45,999 nt of DNA from Dehalococcoidia bacterium (GCA_034421495.1 DAOUKI010000119.1:1-45999); one strand, 5' to 3'; shown: positions 9,601 through 15,419, counted from the stretch's first letter. Program-made: numbers and translations. The notes: generated by a model not told the origin, from the letters alone.

Positions 9601-9845
9601 CGGAGATTGTGCGCCTCTACAACAGCTTCCTAGATTGGGCCCGATCCAGCACCGGCAGCGCTCTTGACAAGGCGACGCCCAGGGAAGTGGAGGTCATGCT
9701 GGTCTCCAGTAGCCTGCCGGTGGACCAGAAGTCCCTTGATGAGCTCATCTCCCGATTTGAGGAGGCGGACTACAGTGAGCACTCAATTGCCCGCAGGCAC
9801 TATGAGGCGATGTACCGAGCCTGGCGCGCAGTGGTGGAGGAGTAG
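696..9845 (+). CDS. Giant (3,049 aa) membrane-anchored multi-domain protein: four transglutaminase-like modules, HEAT-repeat insert, tandem Ig-like beta-sandwich domains, C-terminal TM helix and DUF4129-like tail
   Basis: Single uninterrupted 9,150-nt ORF. ATG 696 is preceded by AGGA (685-688). About five N-terminal hydrophobic helices. Four copies of the transglutaminase-core signature DPVDWFLF..G(T)C(G)xFSSAF..ARxxGIPARVVSGW...(D/N)QAHQWAE...G(I/L)GW...(D/E)PT. HEAT-like repeats and beta-sandwich repeats. TM helix LNWFLWAGAASGVAVLVAAVYTG. The C-terminal ...ATPREVEVML...EEADYSEHSIARRHYEAMYRAWRAV resembles DUF4129 tails of TgpA-type transglutaminase membrane proteins. Confidence 0.9.
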   Translation: MRRLTKNLAELMSGNPSRQAGLVLMLTVALAGFFLLIEFLASLLSSGPQDILAVAPGQEATFGLPNSVGLLEAGVLVLSLAVALAVLIASVRWPLARASFRPYLSLILAILFAITLVGVGVYLAFSDMLGQGLDYSEHTVDRSILKPAGLAVLALISLTLIVAGFINRYALALLVVAWVSAAAIFGFLDIRSLHGLHLFERPDRLETPSTYTEIVKDFQRPDALPVEAGTLPVEIEVPHQQDAPTFVISVTAEQSEVPIPEPVFWVSGADHTTYLRTATGDVYEQGRWWQVDPLHLLVEDDGSIPENVVAAIEEARAEPAGSLPPERLDASLLAWSTVEPVESVWDLIAITAFYEGTAFSDGVVPNVNHLVGVNTPAAYYPFSATLRLEGPVHRYQLAMSIPHFDPDDVLGAAPSKDFLYLHLPEDLPARVLELAEQFKGDESPYVRANQINRYLREKFAFSTLEPDEESIERPTGRDPVDWFLFERPVGDSANFSSAFVILARAAGIPARVVSGWAIKRDAGHQVVTADQAHQWAEIALDGIGWVTFDPTRQDASPLRGEDQSLPSLLEELTDSEDPGIREDAAHTLGDLGEAEALPALLDAFRNDGSAAVRLAAGTAIHKIGIEDLIRILLYHEDPPVRAAAAEALGAFRVSEAVDVLLQALSSDVDARVRTASIRALEEISGEAAEIGVLQAALEDEEVSVRETAVRALGNMKAQWTAEEIVTLLREDTNAVIREAAAWTLGELKEAVALQPLIDARDDRVEAVREAAAEALRKWLIPDLAAILQEADDPVQRAAVAKVLGETGEIAAVPPLNWGLNDPVDDVRSAASDALNSMGEITILENGSGLLTAGRGRAFVSGTTTQARPQSPVTPIFAVEGAAHTRYLRTGVGDIYDNGRWLAEEQTGFPYESTSDIVSSTVEAVETHREEITVSGLDSSQLIPAGIVPTSKLLQRVGVSGTFWQPSATFSRHSFSNRYTWYSIVDEYSEARLNAAGKATGLANAPYISLPEWARSGRIYDLAIEITAGHSTPYSQAKAIERYLRTEYAYRAPETSRDGAPPAGQDPVDWFLFDKREGTCGNFSSAFVFLARAIGLPARVVSGWAIGITPSRQTVSSDQAHQWAEVAFEGLGWIDFDPTPGGPRARAALETLSGGNPDAIEDALEALEEAGEEVVRLENGGAILEKGGERYFIPGTTTAPSSGIPETPLFQITGAANTGYLRTSVGDLYQGGGWRQLDPVSVDVVPDTSISGATWTQYRQPDSEFGQLPPQRRSDVSLFGFRTGGHVSRTDNIQMTPIESTGNLPIGRAPISPDLQRTERQGVYYPFSSTFRLHEEVSTFSWTSSIVSYRAQDLEQANVADDPTYLQLLPDMPPRIKELAEQITSGYTSPYAKAKALEAYLKTEYTYRLADSLDDFPPPGRDPVDWFLFDHREGTCGVFSSAFVVMARSVGIPARVVSGWVVSQTAGTQTVRANQAHQWAEVALEGIGWVSFEPTPPGGAPSRAQDGLDSEAVADVLGALDEGDPEAISDALEALVEGGSSGGGSGELEDPLEALEEAGVDVVRLENGGTIISEDENSFSNPGTTTEQAFKPPHIPVYIVSGADGTSYLRMATGDVYEEGGWRQLDPIRIEERPQERVPEALQREYTSGAFSTLPPERRSDPAFFGIRDSDTQESEVLIRVQSANPDRPIPAGVIPVSPDLQDFRHDEVYYPYSGTLRTPHRKSDYWYLTKVQHFTLGQLRRADAASDPTYLQLPPDLPDRVRQLAEHVTQGHTTPYEKARALAVYLRTTYPYRFADGPEDRPPPGHDPVDWFLFDHQEGTCGVFSSAFAVMARAAGIPARVVSGWPVIPTPDLQTVYTDQAHQWAEIALEGIGWVTVEPTPSDGAPLRARNFAGGNVPNPPVISGGGPNPGTTVLQPVQTYTAITQSPAEVRGGQAFMVSGTVSTAAGHAVDDMRVEIFANKTQERGGRLIGIAVTRSGSWSTAAQMHLDMEAGTYQLLARAADNDDFGQSWSEPVIEIKLRQDTVTTITEWPAEARWEEPLTVAGTVNTMGGLPVSDMWVEVYANKTQEHGGRLIGTAVTRSGRWSVEVRMPRNMETGTYQLFARAVEDSRYNESWSEPGIEMKLGQDTVTTITQSPTEVQREQPLTVAGTVNTVSGSPVNDMRVEVYVNETKEHGGTLIGTAVTHSGQWSAEVRMPGDMELGAYQLLARAVENDHFYESWSDPDITVYSGSGLELTGPTTVTVEDDAVFVGRLSDDRGMGLEDREVVVSVDGTVTDSIMTSPQGTFTFTLAFSELGRHWVDVEVAEMDFVLGNSVRIGVDVTLPTKITLEASVSVEIGEEFQVTGTLLSVRGEALADRPVVVSIGGSLKRHPFTDDDGAFEVQGRLGTPGVYIVRAEFDRDNWVLASTATARLLVRERALLTFDGPSTIDLGSGGMFSGLLTTAAGVPIRQSALSIVDASDAELATVTTDDDGRFEYQHSSFLQTGPQSITARYPGADLVLPSSARIAFSVLAQTSMNLELPTIARDGDSFMLHGSLRDINGDPVPNVEVEIKDVGTRTLMTDADGKFSWETVATFDEGVAESAHESHLSVEVFFSGTDHMAPSAASAEVAIGVPRILLEPLEPVARGDAVTLRGTVLLGNRPMTGIDLDVAEQDSVQSGAAGEFAYRYQVASDLPLGTSDVTVTASALDVSASVPLEVRSAVSIVVTPVGEVRPGKMTLLQAALQDDRRAPIAGAAVRSDDGVEVVTDDLGVALLELTVPDDEDASAFFITLTFDGNDQHMPRTYFVGVPLSPSAGLNWFLWAGAASGVAVLVAAVYTGRKVRYVPLPALLRRRRVTASPEAESASALGAEDLTQEEPTEPGAQVTLEVGFNKAADLPDVWGVGEDVTITVTVLDVEGQARASTEIVVAVADEEPMALVSGDDGACTLHWTASELGQHTVSAAFAGDEDHPPASESRNFRVVDFRAEIVRLYNSFLDWARSSTGSALDKATPREVEVMLVSSSLPVDQKSLDELISRFEEADYSEHSIARRHYEAMYRAWRAVVEE
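750..1262 (+). other. N-terminal cluster of about five predicted transmembrane helices of the giant protein
   Basis: Hydrophobic runs AGLVLMLTVALAGFFLLIEFLASLL, VGLLEAGVLVLSLAVALAVLIASV, YLSLILAILFAITLVGVGVYLAF, GLAVLALISLTLIVAGFI and YALALLVVAWVSAAAIFGFL. Judged by eye, with no topology program. Confidence 0.6.
2127..2348 (+). other. Transglutaminase-like core 1 (nucleophile position is Ser, not Cys)
   Basis: DPVDWFLFERPVGDSANFSSAFVILARAAGIPARVVSGWAI...DQAHQWAEIALDGIGWVTFDPT. It aligns residue-for-residue with cores 2-4, but GTCG is replaced by GDSA. The His and Asp positions are retained. Confidence 0.75.
2421..3212 (+). other. HEAT (PBS-lyase-type) repeat solenoid, about 8-9 repeats, inserted between transglutaminase modules 1 and 2
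   Basis: A roughly 30-aa periodic pattern D/E-x-x-VR-x-x-A-x-x-ALG-x-(L/I)G. Examples: EDPGIREDAAHTLGDLGEAEALPALLDAF, DGSAAVRLAAGTAIHKIG, EDPPVRAAAAEALGAFRVSEAVDVLLQAL, DVDARVRTASIRALEEI, EEVSVRETAVRALGNM, TNAVIREAAAWTLGELK, DDPVQRAAVAKVLGETGEIAAVPPL, PVDDVRSAASDALNSMG. Confidence 0.7.
3888..4109 (+). other. Transglutaminase-like core 2 (canonical Cys-His-Asp positions all present)
   Basis: DPVDWFLFDKREGTCGNFSSAFVFLARAIGLPARVVSGWAI...DQAHQWAEVAFEGLGWIDFDPT. Confidence 0.8.
4956..5177 (+). other. Transglutaminase-like core 3 (Cys-His-Glu)
   Basis: DPVDWFLFDHREGTCGVFSSAFVVMARSVGIPARVVSGWVV...NQAHQWAEVALEGIGWVSFEPT. The Asp position of the DPT motif is Glu. Confidence 0.8.
6114..6335 (+). other. 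Transglutaminase-like core 4 (Cys-His-Glu)
   Basis: DPVDWFLFDHQEGTCGVFSSAFAVMARAAGIPARVVSGWPV...DQAHQWAEIALEGIGWVTVEPT. The Asp position is Glu. Confidence 0.8.
6450..7391 (+). repeat. Three in-frame tandem repeats (312 + 315 + 315 nt; 104/105 aa each) encoding Ig-like/beta-sandwich domains
   Basis: Units start at 6450, 6762 and 7077. The 23-nt string caagacaccgtgaccacgatcac is identical at 6762 and 7077. gctgattgggaccgctgtgac is shared by units 2 and 3, and ggcaggctgattggga(t/c)cgctgtgacccgctccggg by units 1 and 2. Protein units follow the pattern Q(D/T)T(V/Y)T(T/A)IT..P.E....(Q/E)..(M/T)V.GTV.T..G..V.DM.VE(I/V)(F/Y).N(K/E)T(Q/K)E(R/H)GG.LIG.AVT.SG.WS......P..ME.G.YQL.ARA......ESWS.P. Confidence 0.85.
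7392..9065 (+). other. Array of about six further, more diverged Ig-like/beta-sandwich domains (about 90 aa each)
   Basis: A recurring pattern: beta-strand-rich about 90-aa unit with G(T/S)L...G.P(V/L)....V.V......(T/F)TD..G.F. Examples: FQVTGTLLSVRGEALADRPVVVSIGG..FTDDDGAFEV; MFSGLLTTAAGVPIRQSALSIVD..VTTDDDGRFEY; FMLHGSLRDINGDPVPNVEVEIKD..LMTDADGKFSW. Domain boundaries are approximate. Confidence 0.55.
9093..9161 (+). other. Single C-proximal transmembrane helix of the giant protein
   Basis: LNWFLWAGAASGVAVLVAAVYTG followed by the basic RKVRYVPLPALLRRRR, which gives positive-inside polarity. This places the roughly 2,600-aa TGase/HEAT/Ig region and the C-terminal about 225 aa on opposite sides of the membrane. 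Confidence 0.6.
9591..9842 (+). other. DUF4129-like C-terminal domain
   Basis: DFRAEIVRLYNSFLDWAR...ATPREVEVMLVSSSLPVDQKSLDELISRFEEADYSEHSIARRHYEAMYRAWRAV. The T-P-x-E ... A-x-Y-S ... pattern is what I remember for DUF4129 tails. An HMM search is needed. Confidence 0.5.
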
Positions 9846-9848
9846 AAG

Positions 9849-12284
9849 GTGGTAAGCGTTATCCACACCTACCGACTGCCGCTGACGGCCCTTCTCTTGG
9901 GAACGGGTATTGTTGCCACATTCCTGCTGTTCTGGAGATCGACCGGCTTACTCTCCACCTGGATAGGCTTTGACATCGGCTTCCTGTGGACACCACTTGC
10001 CATCTGGACGTGCCTGCTGCTGCTCAGCCGATTCGAAGCGCCTGCGGGCCGTAGGGAGCCGGATGGATTGGCTTGGCGACGGCTATTCTCAGCGTTGCCT
10101 TTCGTGCGGAGGCTCCTGTCTGATCTGGCGTGGTTTGCGCTCGTGATAGGACTGCTGAGCGCCGCCCCAACCATGGTCTCCGCTATCTCCAACCGACCTG
10201 GCGGTCCGGAACTTGCATCATTTGAAAAGTATGTCCAAGTGTTCAGCTCTATGGCTCTCTGGGGCAGCGTTGTGCTGGCTCCCGTTGCGGTTATGCGTGC
10301 TATAGCCGAGGTACGTCCAGGCTTTAGGGTACTGCTGATCTCCCCATGGTGGCGCCTAGCGTTCATTGGAGTTAGCTATATCCTCTTGGCAAACGGGGGC
10401 GTGCTCAACGTCGCCTTTGGCTTCCAGGGTTTCATCCTCTGGCTGGCACTTACCGTAGCGGTCGCCCTTGCCTACGTCGCTCTGGTCATTCGCAACAGAC
10501 TCAACCAGCCACTCAAACCACGGATGTTGTTCCTGCTCCGTGTGCAGCTCCTGTTCATAGAGGCGACGTGGATCCCCGTAGCGTTAGTCGCGGTGATAGT
10601 GCTGCCTTCGATGGTGGAGTCCGTGTTGGTCGGCCATTTTGCATTGGACCCTGATACCGCCGCCGCTTACGCGGAGAGCCTTGGAGCGCTGACATCGACA
10701 CAAGCGTTCGCGGTGATGCTGCCCTTCGCGCTGGTGCGCACGGTCGGGGTCTTCTGGCCCGCTGTGGGCCGAATTCTGGGGTTCCCCGTCGGGCGGCTAG
10801 CTCTGGTGGGCGTCGTTCATGTCATATTCTCAGAGGGCGGCGTTCTCTGGGTTGCCTTTGAGGTATCCTTCTCGCAGCTCATGGCCTCCTTAACGCTGGC
10901 CCTGGCTCTCTCTTATGCGGCATCAATCATACGCAACATTGCGGATATCCGGTTTTCAGGCCGCTTTGGGACGGCGGCAACTACGGCCCTCTCAATTATG
11001 AGTTCCGCAACAGCCGCCCTCGCCGCGGGTCTAGCTGTGTGGAGTATAGTCAATCACTTGCCGGTCGCCAATGCGGCGCTCCTTGACCATGGAGCTACAC
11101 GGTATCTTGGCCAACGGTTGCTACCATATTTCAGCCTGTTATTCGACTCACGGTTCACCATCACGGCCCTTGGCATGGCACTGACTTTTGCCCTGAGCCA
11201 ACCGTGGCCATGGAGAGATGAGGCCGTAACACGTCGCCGGCTCCTGTTCAACACCTTGTGCTATGGTGTAGGAGGTTACTTCGCTTGGGTGTTGGGTATC
11301 ATCCTCTCACCTCTGGGGCACGGCTTTGTACTAGCGGGCGTGGCCGTAGCATTGGGCATGTTCGCGCTTGGACTCGCGCAAGCCTTGCAATGTGCCACCT
11401 TTCCCTACAACACTGCGCTAACCCAGATAGTGAGTCGTCTCACGGCGTCGAGAGTGCGCGTATTTGTTCTGGGAGCGACCCTCGCGTTCTACGGTCTGCT
11501 GCTGCGCCCCGCTCTTTATGAGGTTTTGTGGTTCGCCGCCTTATACGAATACATCGCGCTGTTAGCCCTGCTGGCGCTGGTTCTGATCTTCGTGACGGAT
11601 CTGCTGAGGCGGACTGCAACTGCCCAGACGGTTGAAGTAGCTGAGTGGAGTAACTGGTCTCACCACCAGCAGACGCTGGAGAGCAAGGATGACCCCCGGT
11701 CCGCTATGACATCGGCCATGCGGCAAGATTTCCTAGACCGCCTTGACTGGAAGCCGCTGTGGACGTACCTCATGGGGCTACTCTGTCGAAATGGTGCATC
11801 CCTGGAGTGGATGTACGCCGTATGTCAACCACTGCGCGCAAGTGCAGTCTCCTCTTCCAAGCTGCGATTTCTCAGATGGAGAAATCGTGGGCGCATGGGC
11901 AGAATTGCCACGTTAGAAGATGCACTACGGCGTACAGACAGCGCGTTAGCTGCAACAGAGGCGCCAGTGCAACCGATTACTAAGGAGGAGTTGCTCCGGG
12001 CCGCGGCGCCGTTTGTTGATACGGGTGTCGAAGTCGAGCGGTTCGTTGTCGCGCTAATTGCGGCCCACTACCGGCAGGGCGACGATCTTCAGCGCGCCAT
12101 TGACCGATGGTTTCCGCTTCTCAACTCGCCTGACCACTCGGTTGGACGTATTGCTCTGCCTTGGTCCCGTTCACGCGCCAGAGTTCGAGGCCGAGAAGAG
12201 CGTGATAGTCTTGTCAACGGCGCCGTAGAGATGCTATTTGACAACGCGACTTCAGCTACTAATGACGCTAATGAAGCTTCTTGA
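9849..12284 (+). CDS. Polytopic integral membrane protein (811 aa), no recognisable family; membrane part followed by an Arg-rich soluble C-terminal region of about 220 aa
   Basis: GTG 9849 lies 3 nt after the giant gene's TAG (9843-9845) and 6 nt after GGAGGAG (9836-9842). Many hydrophobic segments span the first about 590 aa. There is an internal duplication with a 147-aa period: RLAFIGVSYILLANGGVLNVAFGFQGFILWLALTVAVALAYVALVIRN (from nt 10353) versus RLALVGVVHVIFSEGGVLWVAFEVSFSQLMASLTLALALSYAASIIRN (from nt 10794). Confidence 0.8.
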   Translation: MVSVIHTYRLPLTALLLGTGIVATFLLFWRSTGLLSTWIGFDIGFLWTPLAIWTCLLLLSRFEAPAGRREPDGLAWRRLFSALPFVRRLLSDLAWFALVIGLLSAAPTMVSAISNRPGGPELASFEKYVQVFSSMALWGSVVLAPVAVMRAIAEVRPGFRVLLISPWWRLAFIGVSYILLANGGVLNVAFGFQGFILWLALTVAVALAYVALVIRNRLNQPLKPRMLFLLRVQLLFIEATWIPVALVAVIVLPSMVESVLVGHFALDPDTAAAYAESLGALTSTQAFAVMLPFALVRTVGVFWPAVGRILGFPVGRLALVGVVHVIFSEGGVLWVAFEVSFSQLMASLTLALALSYAASIIRNIADIRFSGRFGTAATTALSIMSSATAALAAGLAVWSIVNHLPVANAALLDHGATRYLGQRLLPYFSLLFDSRFTITALGMALTFALSQPWPWRDEAVTRRRLLFNTLCYGVGGYFAWVLGIILSPLGHGFVLAGVAVALGMFALGLAQALQCATFPYNTALTQIVSRLTASRVRVFVLGATLAFYGLLLRPALYEVLWFAALYEYIALLALLALVLIFVTDLLRRTATAQTVEVAEWSNWSHHQQTLESKDDPRSAMTSAMRQDFLDRLDWKPLWTYLMGLLCRNGASLEWMYAVCQPLRASAVSSSKLRFLRWRNRGRMGRIATLEDALRRTDSALAATEAPVQPITKEELLRAAAPFVDTGVEVERFVVALIAAHYRQGDDLQRAIDRWFPLLNSPDHSVGRIALPWSRSRARVRGREERDSLVNGAVEMLFDNATSATNDANEAS

Positions 12285-12340
12285 GCATATTCAATACGGA
12301 CAGAATCAATATCTTCCATTGAAAGGGTGGCATCCCACAG

Positions 12341-13327
12341 ATGAACGAGCAACAACTAGAAGAGGCTCGCCTCTCCTGCGAGCAGATCATAGACCGCGTA
12401 GCTGAGACGTTCGTGGGCAACCGACTGCTACTGCGCAAGCTGCTGGCGGCGGCGCTCGCCAACGGTCACGTCCTCTTTGAGGACTACCCGGGTCTGGGCA
12501 AGACCTTGCTGGCCAAGCTCTTTGCGCGGTCCATTGGCGGCGATACGAAACGGGTGCAGTTCACACCCGACCTTCTGCCCTCAGACGTACTGGGAGTGAA
12601 CATATGGCGGCAGAACGTTGGCACGTTCCAACTGATGCGCGGGCCGGTGTTCACCAATGTTCTTTTGGCCGACGAGATCAACCGCGCACCGCCCAAGACA
12701 CAGTCCGCTTTGCTGGAAGCGATGGAGGAGCGTCAGGTCACCATAGATGGGGACACCATGCCTCTGGGTTCCCCGTTTGTGGTAATTGCAACGCAGAATC
12801 CCATAGAACAGGAGGGCACTTACCCCCTGCCGGAGGCGCAACTCGACCGCTTCCTGCTCAAGTTGTCCACCGGCTATCCGACCAGTGACCAGATGGAGGA
12901 GGACATCCTGCTGCGACGCATCCAGTGGCAGAAGGACGACCCCTCCACTGAGATGGAACCAGCGGTGGGGATCAACCGCTTTGTGGAGCTACAACGCGCT
13001 GTGGAGACCAGCGTGCATACTGAACAGGTCATAGTGGAGTACATCACGAAAATAGTCAGGCTCTCCCGAGAGCACACGCGAGTCGCCGTAGGCGTCAGCC
13101 CTCGTGGGGGCCTTGCGCTCCTTCGGATTTCTCGGGCCATCGCGCTCATACACGGACGCGACTTCGTCGTGCCGGACGACGTCAAGATGGTTGTCTCCGA
13201 CGTGTTGGCCCACCGGGTCATCCTGAACATCGAGGATACGCTGGAGGGCGCCAGTGGTGAGTCAGTTATTGAGGAGATACTGGCGCAGGTGCCCGTACCC
13301 ACTGACTTAGGACGGATGGACGGTTAG
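12341..13327 (+). CDS. MoxR-family AAA+ ATPase
   Basis: Walker A YPGLGKTLLAK. The MoxR-typical RVQFTPDLLPSDVLG. Walker B/sensor LLADEINRAPPKTQSALLEAMEERQVTIDG. VIATQNPIEQEGTYPLPEAQLDRFLLKL. Size of 328 aa is typical. Confidence 0.92.
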   Translation: MNEQQLEEARLSCEQIIDRVAETFVGNRLLLRKLLAAALANGHVLFEDYPGLGKTLLAKLFARSIGGDTKRVQFTPDLLPSDVLGVNIWRQNVGTFQLMRGPVFTNVLLADEINRAPPKTQSALLEAMEERQVTIDGDTMPLGSPFVVIATQNPIEQEGTYPLPEAQLDRFLLKLSTGYPTSDQMEEDILLRRIQWQKDDPSTEMEPAVGINRFVELQRAVETSVHTEQVIVEYITKIVRLSREHTRVAVGVSPRGGLALLRISRAIALIHGRDFVVPDDVKMVVSDVLAHRVILNIEDTLEGASGESVIEEILAQVPVPTDLGRMDG

Positions 13328-13329
13328 CT

Positions 13330-14658
13330 ATGTCGCAGCCGTCTCACGTTATCTGGATTGCGCTGTCTTTGGTCCTGCTGTTGCTTGGCCTCTCCTTGGG
13401 CAACGTGCTCCTTCTCACTGTGGCAGTGTTCGTCTTACTCACAACGCTGTTGACTACTGCTCTGCCGCCGCCCTCCGGCATAGTCGTGGAGCGGGAGTTG
13501 CCCCGTGCCGTGTTCTGGGTAGGCGACACACTGTCAGTACGACGGGAGCTATCAGCCGAGAGAGGAATTGGCCCCATCTTTGTGCACGACGATCTACCCA
13601 CCGAAGCTGAAGTGGTACAGGGAAGCAACCTACGCGTAGTCTGGAAGTGGCCCGGCAGGTTGAATGTAGACATCTCCTACCAAGTGCGATTCCCCAAACG
13701 AGGACTGTATGTGCTGCCAGAGTCCAATTGGGAGTCGCGGGCGCCCTTTGGAGCTAGCCGGGGCATCTCTGGGGTCAGTGGGTCGGCCTTCGAACTATCT
13801 ATCGTCCCAAGGATTCGCAACGTGACCCTACTGAACGATATTCGAGTGGTCCGCCGCATCGACCGCCAGCAAGACGACCTGGCCCAGACTGGGGCCGCCA
13901 TGGACGAATTCAAGGAACTGCGCCCCTATCAGCCTGGGGACTCGTTCAAACGGATCAACTGGAAGGCCAGCGCTAGGGTAGCTGGCGCGAACAGCAGTCC
14001 TCTTGTGAATGAGTTGGAGCCCGATAACAAGAGGGGGGTCTGGATCTTCCTAGACATTGCTAACTACATGGACGTGGGGGTGCCACTATGGAACCCGCTG
14101 GAGAGTACGGTAGAAGCCTCAGGCACTCTGGCGCAGTACTACCTCTCACGAGGTTCGACACTTGGCGCGTACGCCTATAACGATTCCAGCGGCGCGGGAG
14201 AATTGCTGACGCCGGAGACAGGGAAGCGCCAGTTTAATCGTCTGATGGAGATGCTGACCGGTCTTAAGCCGGGCCCTGCAAGGCAGGACCTCCTGCAATC
14301 CGTAGAGCGCTGCAAGAGTTTCTTATACCGTATCAAGCCCGATGTCTTCATCATCACTCGATTGGATGTCCACTACGTACGGCCGGGTGAGGACGCAGCC
14401 AGGTTGGAGCGGTTGAAGACCGCCATCAGAGGACTGATCTCCCTGAGGCCACGCTCTATGGGGCCTAGCCGGGTGCGAGTGGTACACGTGGGGCCACTGG
14501 AAGCTCAGTCACCCTCAAGCGGACTGGGGCTGACCCGATGGGAAACAGTTCACGTAGCCAGAGAACTGCGCGAGAAGGGAGCTTACGTCATTGAGTGGGA
14601 ACCGGAACGTGAAGAGTTCACGTCAGTGCTGGTACGGCACATTAGTGTTTACAAGTAA
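13330..14658 (+). CDS. DUF58 domain protein (VWA-fold MoxR partner), with N-terminal TM hairpin
   Basis: ATG lies 2 nt after the MoxR TAG. N-terminal hydrophobic IWIALSLVLLLLGLSLGNVLLLTVAVFVLLTTLLT. DUF58 signature FKELRPYQPGDSFKRINWKASARVAG...PLVNELEPDNKRGVWIFLD. Confidence 0.85.
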   Translation: MSQPSHVIWIALSLVLLLLGLSLGNVLLLTVAVFVLLTTLLTTALPPPSGIVVERELPRAVFWVGDTLSVRRELSAERGIGPIFVHDDLPTEAEVVQGSNLRVVWKWPGRLNVDISYQVRFPKRGLYVLPESNWESRAPFGASRGISGVSGSAFELSIVPRIRNVTLLNDIRVVRRIDRQQDDLAQTGAAMDEFKELRPYQPGDSFKRINWKASARVAGANSSPLVNELEPDNKRGVWIFLDIANYMDVGVPLWNPLESTVEASGTLAQYYLSRGSTLGAYAYNDSSGAGELLTPETGKRQFNRLMEMLTGLKPGPARQDLLQSVERCKSFLYRIKPDVFIITRLDVHYVRPGEDAARLERLKTAIRGLISLRPRSMGPSRVRVVHVGPLEAQSPSSGLGLTRWETVHVARELREKGAYVIEWEPEREEFTSVLVRHISVYK

Positions 14659-14678
14659 GCAAGGGAGAGCTGGATAGC

Positions 14679-15263
14679 ATGAGGATCGTCGTCGTTGAGA
14701 CGCTGCTGCTAACCGGCCTCTTGTTGCTCGCCAGTTACGTGGCGTGGGACGCCGGCCCCGCACTTGGGCTGCCGGAGTCCCACTGGCTCAACTGGCTTGC
14801 CGGCCCGCTAACCTGGTCAATGACCTTGGAAGTGTTGCTGGTTGTTTTGTTGCTGGTCGCTGCGTACTGGGCACTGCAAGCGCTGGGGTACAATCAACTC
14901 CCTTTCTGGCTGATAGCGTTGCTCGCTATCCTGCCTCACAGTGTACCGGCCTGGGGACACAACCAACTCAAATGGTACGAGCTCTTCGGACTGCGACTTG
15001 AGCTGATAGGTGAGAGGTTCCTGTTCTGGGACGCGGCGCTGTTCCTTGCGGTTCTAGCCGGCCTCATTGCCCTGTATCGTTTGATGGGCTTACGTAATTT
15101 GGTGCGACGAATGGTGCTCCAAGGGATATCGGAATCAGACAGGCGCCAGGTCCTGCAATACGAGGCCCTTTTGCTAGCGGGCCTGCTTGCTGCCGGGCTG
15201 CTATTGGCGCTCTTCACGGTCCTTGTGGCAGCACTGCTCGGCCAATACGGCGAATTCATTTAG
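14679..15263 (+). CDS. Small integral membrane protein (194 aa, about 5 TM), last gene of the operon
   Basis: ATG 14679 is preceded by AGGGAGAG. Translation is dominated by hydrophobic helices: VVETLLLTGLLLLASYVAW, LEVLLVVLLLVAAYWAL, FWLIALLAILP, ALFLAVLAGLIALY, LLLAGLLAAGLLLALFTVLVAALLG. No family recognised. Confidence 0.7.
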   Translation: MRIVVVETLLLTGLLLLASYVAWDAGPALGLPESHWLNWLAGPLTWSMTLEVLLVVLLLVAAYWALQALGYNQLPFWLIALLAILPHSVPAWGHNQLKWYELFGLRLELIGERFLFWDAALFLAVLAGLIALYRLMGLRNLVRRMVLQGISESDRRQVLQYEALLLAGLLAAGLLLALFTVLVAALLGQYGEFI

Positions 15264-15391
15264 TGATCACCACCTGCTACCCCAGTCCAAGCGGCACTTG
15301 GTATGAGTTCAGGGAATCTCCTTGCTCTCCACACCGAAAGCCTGTCGTAGTTAGCCTCGGAACTGTAGATGTGTGACATGGGCTTGACTAA

Positions 15392-15408
15392 TAACGATAT
15401 TATCGTTA
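15392..15408. promoter_or_regulatory. Perfect 17-bp palindrome TAACGATA-T-TATCGTTA, candidate operator overlapping the ribosome-binding region of the HTH-MIPS gene
   Basis: Read directly: taacgatattatcgtta at 15392-15408. It abuts the AGGA (15408-15411) that precedes ATG 15420 by 8 nt. The palindrome is certain; the operator function is inference. Confidence 0.45.
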
Positions 15409-15419
15409 GGATAGCCGCC

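Noticed and set aside
12341-14658. MoxR plus DUF58 as part of a Bat-type aerotolerance operon or a gas-vesicle or CoxD-like maturation system
   Set aside because: No BatA-D-type VWA/TPR genes, gas-vesicle genes or metalloenzyme structural genes are nearby. The conserved partner here is the transglutaminase/DUF4129 giant.
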